Source: Methanobacteriota archaeon (lineage in GTDB: Archaea > Halobacteriota > Bog-38 > Methanoflorentales > Methanoflorentaceae). From it: a stretch of DNA of 64,000 nucleotides. The translations under genes and the position numbers were made by a program. Of the stretch, positions 59,808 through 64,000 are shown one piece after another. How positions within the stretch are numbered: the first letter of the stretch is position 1; the number at the start of each line of letters is the position of its first letter. The DNA is taken from the NCBI GenBank assembly GCA_963701995.1, contig OY969693.1:1793512-1857511 (forward strand). Direction: 5' to 3'. Under the pieces are notes generated by a model. That model was given only the letters and a program-made list of their open reading frames with translations, did not search any database and had not been told where the DNA came from.

Positions 59808-60809
59808 ATGGACGAATATCTAGCTCTTTTTCCACATACGGCTGCAGCCGCACGTTACGTAGAAGCATCCGGAAGGACTTTTGACTCTCTCATGACCGCG
59901 GGGGAGTTTTCTGATAGTGTCCTCAACAAAAGCGTTCAGCGAGTGGCACGAGCGATCGACAGCGACGTCCATTCAAAGTCGGTCGAGCGTGACGATTATG
60001 AAATTGAGCTCTTCTCTTACGTTATGGGAAGAGCGTTGGTCTCGTGCATTCGCGAAGCTGTTCTGGTTCAGAGATATGCAAATGCGGAAGCCCACGACGC
60101 ATTTAGCAAGTTGCGGAACGCCGGCGAACGACTTCAGGATGAGTACATTGCGAGGCTGCTGGAGGACTTTGGAATACCAATATTGGTAGATAACAATATT
60201 TTTGAGCTGCATTTCACGGACTTGATCAAGTATACGGGCAGGTTAAGAGGGCCACAGTGGCGCCTCGTTAATCTATTGAACAGAGGCCAAGTAAGTCTTG
60301 CAAAAAACGAGATGATCCAGGTTTTAGCCGAGGCTGTGAGGCTGAAGGTGCTACGCGGGCTGCCACTAAAACTCAGCAGCAAAATGTGCGAAGAACTTGC
60401 GCCTTACACCTCACCCTTGAAAAAAGCGATGTCTGTAGCCTCGTCACGCCCTGCCGATTCTGGTCCTGTGATTTTGGAAGCGTGCCCCCCCTGCATGAAA
60501 GCGTTGCTTTCGCAAGTAAAAGCTGGACAGAACCTCTCACATCCTGCCCGATTCGCGTTGACCTCCTTTTTAGCTAATATAGGTATGAAAGCTGAGGAGA
60601 TCGTGCATATCTATCAAACGTCTCCAGATTTCGACTATGAACTTACGCGTTATCAGGTCGATCACATAAAGGGATCTTCAGGGAAAGACTACATCCCTCC
60701 CGGATGTTCAACGATGGAGACCTACGGTAATTGCACGGAGACTACTGGCCTGTGCAAACGCATCTCTCATCCGCTCTCGTATTACCGAGCGCGACTTAAG
60801 CATCAGTGA
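59808..60809 (+). CDS. priL: DNA primase large subunit
   Basis: PPCM, NLSH.ARF.L.SFL, PDFD...TRYQV.HI, Y.PP.C.TM...G.C, HPLSYY. Confidence 0.92.
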   Translation: MDEYLALFPHTAAAARYVEASGRTFDSLMTAGEFSDSVLNKSVQRVARAIDSDVHSKSVERDDYEIELFSYVMGRALVSCIREAVLVQRYANAEAHDAFSKLRNAGERLQDEYIARLLEDFGIPILVDNNIFELHFTDLIKYTGRLRGPQWRLVNLLNRGQVSLAKNEMIQVLAEAVRLKVLRGLPLKLSSKMCEELAPYTSPLKKAMSVASSRPADSGPVILEACPPCMKALLSQVKAGQNLSHPARFALTSFLANIGMKAEEIVHIYQTSPDFDYELTRYQVDHIKGSSGKDYIPPGCSTMETYGNCTETTGLCKRISHPLSYYRARLKHQ

Positions 60810-60919
60810 GACAACCGATGACAATAGAACCAAGAAGAGCAATGAGCTGCGGCCGTTCATGAGTTACTGAAAAGAGAGGTGGCCATAACCCGCCACGCCT
60901 CGCGGTCAGGTGCAAGCGC

Positions 60920-62077
60920 GTGAACCCGGAAACGAAAGCATTCCTCCAGAGAAAATTTGGCGATTACTATCGTAAGGCTCCAGTTGGGCTCCCGCCGCAG
61001 TTCAAGAAACGAGAATGGGCGTTTGTTCTGTTTGACTCAAGTTATCCGAAGCTTGTAATGCGACGCCACAAAGCTTTTGGCTCGCAGAAGGAAGTGCGCG
61101 CATATTTGGGCGCAGTTGCACCGGCTCATGTGTACCATTCAACGGCGTGTTATGCTTATCCGAGCGCAACACGCATGCAAGACAAGAAGTGGGAAGGCGC
61201 AGACTTAATCTTCGATCTTGATGCGGACAAGCTCTTGATGAAGTCTGCGCCTTCGTATGCGGACATGCTTCAAGAAGTAAAAGATGAAACCACTAAACTG
61301 TTGGATTTCCTGATGAACGATTTCGGTTTGGATGAGAAGGACTTCAGTATCGTGTTTTCGGGTGGTCGTGGTTACCATGTCCATTTGCGGGAAAAGAAAC
61401 TAGCTACTCTCGGTAGTCATGAACGGCGAGAGGTTGTGAATTATTTGACCGGAACGGGCCTTGAGGCAGAGTATCTACTGAAACGGTCGAGCAAGACTGC
61501 AATGCCAGGAGACACCAGTTGTTGGGAGATTAGAATAAAGACGTGGATTGACGAGTATTTCAAGCGGATAAGCGGACTTGACGCAAAAATTGCGATAAGT
61601 GAGCTTGCATCCGTCAAGGCTATCGGCAAGCGGCGCGCCAAAGAAATTGTTGGCACGCTGTCGCAAGACGCATCGATCCAACCTTTGGTAGAGTCAAAGC
61701 TAATTCCACTAAACGCATGGAAAAGCTTAATCAGAGAAGCTATCTCGCACTTGAAGGTTCGCATCGATGTGCCGGTCACCGCGGACATAAAGAGACTGAT
61801 TCGGCTGCCCACGTCGTTGCACGGTGGCTCTGGCCTTAGGGTCACACCTTTGACTCTAGATCACTTCCGTCGCTTTGCTCCGCTGAATGACGCGGTCGTC
61901 TTCGGCGACAATTCGGTTTCGGTCAGGATTCTCACGTCGGCTACGACTGAGATTATGGGTGAAACTATTAAGGTTGATCAAAGTACAACAGAGCTACCGG
62001 AACACACGGCCGTTTATGTCATGGCGCGAGGGCTTGCCGAATATGAATCTCGACGACTTAAAAGTGATCAGAAATGA
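60920..62077 (+). CDS. priS: DNA primase small subunit
   Basis: REWAF, DLIFDLDAD, FSGGRGYHVH, ID.PVT.D.KRLIRLP.SLHG. Confidence 0.95.
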   Translation: MNPETKAFLQRKFGDYYRKAPVGLPPQFKKREWAFVLFDSSYPKLVMRRHKAFGSQKEVRAYLGAVAPAHVYHSTACYAYPSATRMQDKKWEGADLIFDLDADKLLMKSAPSYADMLQEVKDETTKLLDFLMNDFGLDEKDFSIVFSGGRGYHVHLREKKLATLGSHERREVVNYLTGTGLEAEYLLKRSSKTAMPGDTSCWEIRIKTWIDEYFKRISGLDAKIAISELASVKAIGKRRAKEIVGTLSQDASIQPLVESKLIPLNAWKSLIREAISHLKVRIDVPVTADIKRLIRLPTSLHGGSGLRVTPLTLDHFRRFAPLNDAVVFGDNSVSVRILTSATTEIMGETIKVDQSTTELPEHTAVYVMARGLAEYESRRLKSDQK

Positions 62078-62804
62078 GGAGCGTCGCTCGCGACGATTGA
62101 CGCAATTAAAGAATAGCTTCTACTCCGAGTTCAAAGAATATATGGATTCACTCAAAAAAAGCGATGATCCGCAGAAAAAAGATGAACTCGAGAACGCTCT
62201 GCAGGTCGCAGACGCAATTTATGATAAACGCGCTGCGAAAATAATCAAGTTGGCGGCGCTCGCGGCAAAAGGGCACATGGAGGAAGCATCGCTGACTGAC
62301 GCCGAAGCCGAGGTCTACGATTCGGTTTACAAGGTATTTACGTATTACCGGGACCGCGTACTCGGACAAAAGGAATCAGACGGCGCGGCCGCTCCGTCAA
62401 TCGAGCCCGTGCTATTAAATGAAAACCGTCGGACCACTTTTGCACTGCCCAAACAGGAATCGGATCGCGTTGCGCTTGACGCTACGAGTATCAAACAGTC
62501 TTTGAAGAAAGGATTGGCACTTCAGCCCTTGATTGCGTCCAATGAAGAAGCGGACGACAGTGCAGACGAAAACGAGGGGCCGCGCGGCGACGAAAGCACT
62601 TTAATACGAGAACGCGGGAATATGAGATACCTCCGAGTGCGAGTGTTGTCAGACATTCCGACGTTTATAGGACTGGACGGCGAAAACTACAAACTTGGAG
62701 AAGGCGACTCGGTTCTGTTGCCCGAGGGGAATGCTCGGGCGTTGTGCGATCGCCATATGGGTATCATGGTCGGTGATAAACTTGAAGATGCCAAAGAAGA
62801 TTAG
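62043..62804 (+). CDS. GINS family protein (Gins15-like)
   Basis: L..L...FY, I...R..KII, LT..E...Y, C-terminal [19 protein letters not shown]; conserved position after priS. Confidence 0.8.
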   Translation: MNLDDLKVIRNEERRSRRLTQLKNSFYSEFKEYMDSLKKSDDPQKKDELENALQVADAIYDKRAAKIIKLAALAAKGHMEEASLTDAEAEVYDSVYKVFTYYRDRVLGQKESDGAAAPSIEPVLLNENRRTTFALPKQESDRVALDATSIKQSLKKGLALQPLIASNEEADDSADENEGPRGDESTLIRERGNMRYLRVRVLSDIPTFIGLDGENYKLGEGDSVLLPEGNARALCDRHMGIMVGDKLEDAKED

Positions 62805-63063
62805 GTCAATATGCCCGGTGTGTCGAAAGCACACAACTCATGAAGTTGAGAAGGTGCGAAAAGGGCGCGCATCATCGTTAACGTGGATTGCGCGCCAAAA
62901 AAAACGGCGCACCGGCATTGGTAATCTCGGCAAGTTTTCCAAGGTTCCGGGCGGAGATAAACCAACTAAGCGCATCAACGTTCGCTACCGCTGTACCGAA
63001 TGTAACAAAGCGCATACAAGGAAAGGATTTAGAGTATCGAAGTTCGAGTTAGTGGAGGTGTAA
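62782..63063 (+). CDS. rpl44e: 50S ribosomal protein L44e
   Basis: [18 protein letters not shown]...KPTKR...YRC.EC.K. Confidence 0.95.
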   Translation: MKMPKKIRSICPVCRKHTTHEVEKVRKGRASSLTWIARQKKRRTGIGNLGKFSKVPGGDKPTKRINVRYRCTECNKAHTRKGFRVSKFELVEV

Positions 63064-63066
63064 GTA

Positions 63067-63228
63067 GTGAGCAAATTCTTGCGCGTAAGATGTGCGGATT
63101 GTGAGAATATCCAGATTGTTTTCGGCAATGCGTCTTCGGTAGTAAACTGCATAGTCTGTGGGAGAACTCTTGTTGAGCCGCGCGGCGGGAGGGCAGAGAT
63201 AAGGACACAAATACTTGAGGTCTTATGA
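63067..63228 (+). CDS. rps27e: 30S ribosomal protein S27e (not in the ORF track)
   Basis: Manual translation [45 protein letters not shown]. Confidence 0.95.
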   Translation: MSKFLRVRCADCENIQIVFGNASSVVNCIVCGRTLVEPRGGRAEIRTQILEVL

Positions 63229-63998
63229 GAAAAGCTTGGCCAGAGATCGGAGACTTGGTCGTTTGTACAGTGGTTAACGTAGTCGACTTTGGAGCATTTG
63301 TCCAACTCGACGAGTACGACAAGAAGGAGGGGCTAATTCATATCTCCGAAGTTGCGTCTGGGTGGGTAAAGTACATAAGAGATCACGTAAGGGAAGGTCA
63401 AAAGATCGTGTGCAAGGTCCTGAGCGTTGATCCGAGTCGAAGCCACATAGATCTCTCGTTCAAGGACGTTAATGAGCATCAGAGACGCTCCAAAATTCAG
63501 GAATGGAAGAGCGAACAAAAAGCTGAAAAGTGGCTAGAATTTGTAGCCGACGCTACCGGGGCGGACAAAGATGCGCTCTATGATCAACTCGCTGACAAAT
63601 TCGACGGTCTTTACTATGTCTTTGAGGACGCAGCTATGCGGGGCCCAGAAGCTCTCAAGGGACTTCAGCCCGAGGTTGCCGCTCAAATTGCACTCGTCGC
63701 TAAGGAGAACGTAAAAATACCTTACGTGTACATCACAGGTTACGTAGATTTGACATGTCCTCAGCCGAACGGGATAGACGTTATCAAACGTGCGCTGAAA
63801 GCCGCCATGAAGTCCGAAGATGATGACATTCGCTTTGACGTGAGTTACATCGGGGCGCCTCGTTACCGCATAAGGATAGTCGCCCTCGATTATAAGATCG
63901 CAGAAAACGCGATGAAAAAGGCGGCTAACGCATCCATAGACGTGGTAGTGAAGGCTGGCGGCACGGGAAAGTTTCATAGAGAACTTCAATCATCATAG
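63225..63998 (+). CDS. eif2a: translation initiation factor aIF2 alpha subunit
   Basis: [36 protein letters not shown]. Confidence 0.95.
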   Translation: MRKAWPEIGDLVVCTVVNVVDFGAFVQLDEYDKKEGLIHISEVASGWVKYIRDHVREGQKIVCKVLSVDPSRSHIDLSFKDVNEHQRRSKIQEWKSEQKAEKWLEFVADATGADKDALYDQLADKFDGLYYVFEDAAMRGPEALKGLQPEVAAQIALVAKENVKIPYVYITGYVDLTCPQPNGIDVIKRALKAAMKSEDDDIRFDVSYIGAPRYRIRIVALDYKIAENAMKKAANASIDVVVKAGGTGKFHRELQSS

Positions 63999-64000
63999 TA

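Noticed and set aside
60810..60875. Second C/D-box RNA between priL and priS
   Set aside because: The C box is degenerate and the box spacing does not leave two plausible guides.

Overview
Archaeal chromosome segment, most likely from a methanogen-like member of Halobacteriota/Methanomicrobia (inferred from cofD, fae, dmrX, methanogenesis marker 9, aglB, archaeal thrS and the PCNA-primase-GINS-L44e-S27e-aIF2a cluster). About 1.7-18.05 kb looks like an integrated mobile element at the 3' end of tRNA-Val(CAC). It encodes a tyrosine integrase, a frameshifted remnant of a second integrase, an AbiJ-like/HEPN protein, a Prim-Pol/helicase/wHTH replication protein, a complete type I restriction-modification operon with an M48 peptidase, and small HTH, Zn-finger and OB-fold-like genes. 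I recognised no capsid or conjugation genes and did not find the distal att site in the window. The most striking unexplained structure is a ~320-bp dyad-symmetric array of TCCGAA/TTCGGA motifs inside the 3' end of the primase-helicase gene, a candidate bidirectional origin. The rest (18.2-64 kb) is mostly housekeeping. It includes a cluster of unresolved methanopterin-linked genes with a CitG-DUF447 fusion, an LpdD-UbiX-UbiD operon, a candidate C/D-box sRNA and two genes that may start at ATA/ATC. All family calls come from motif recognition by eye; no database searches were run.
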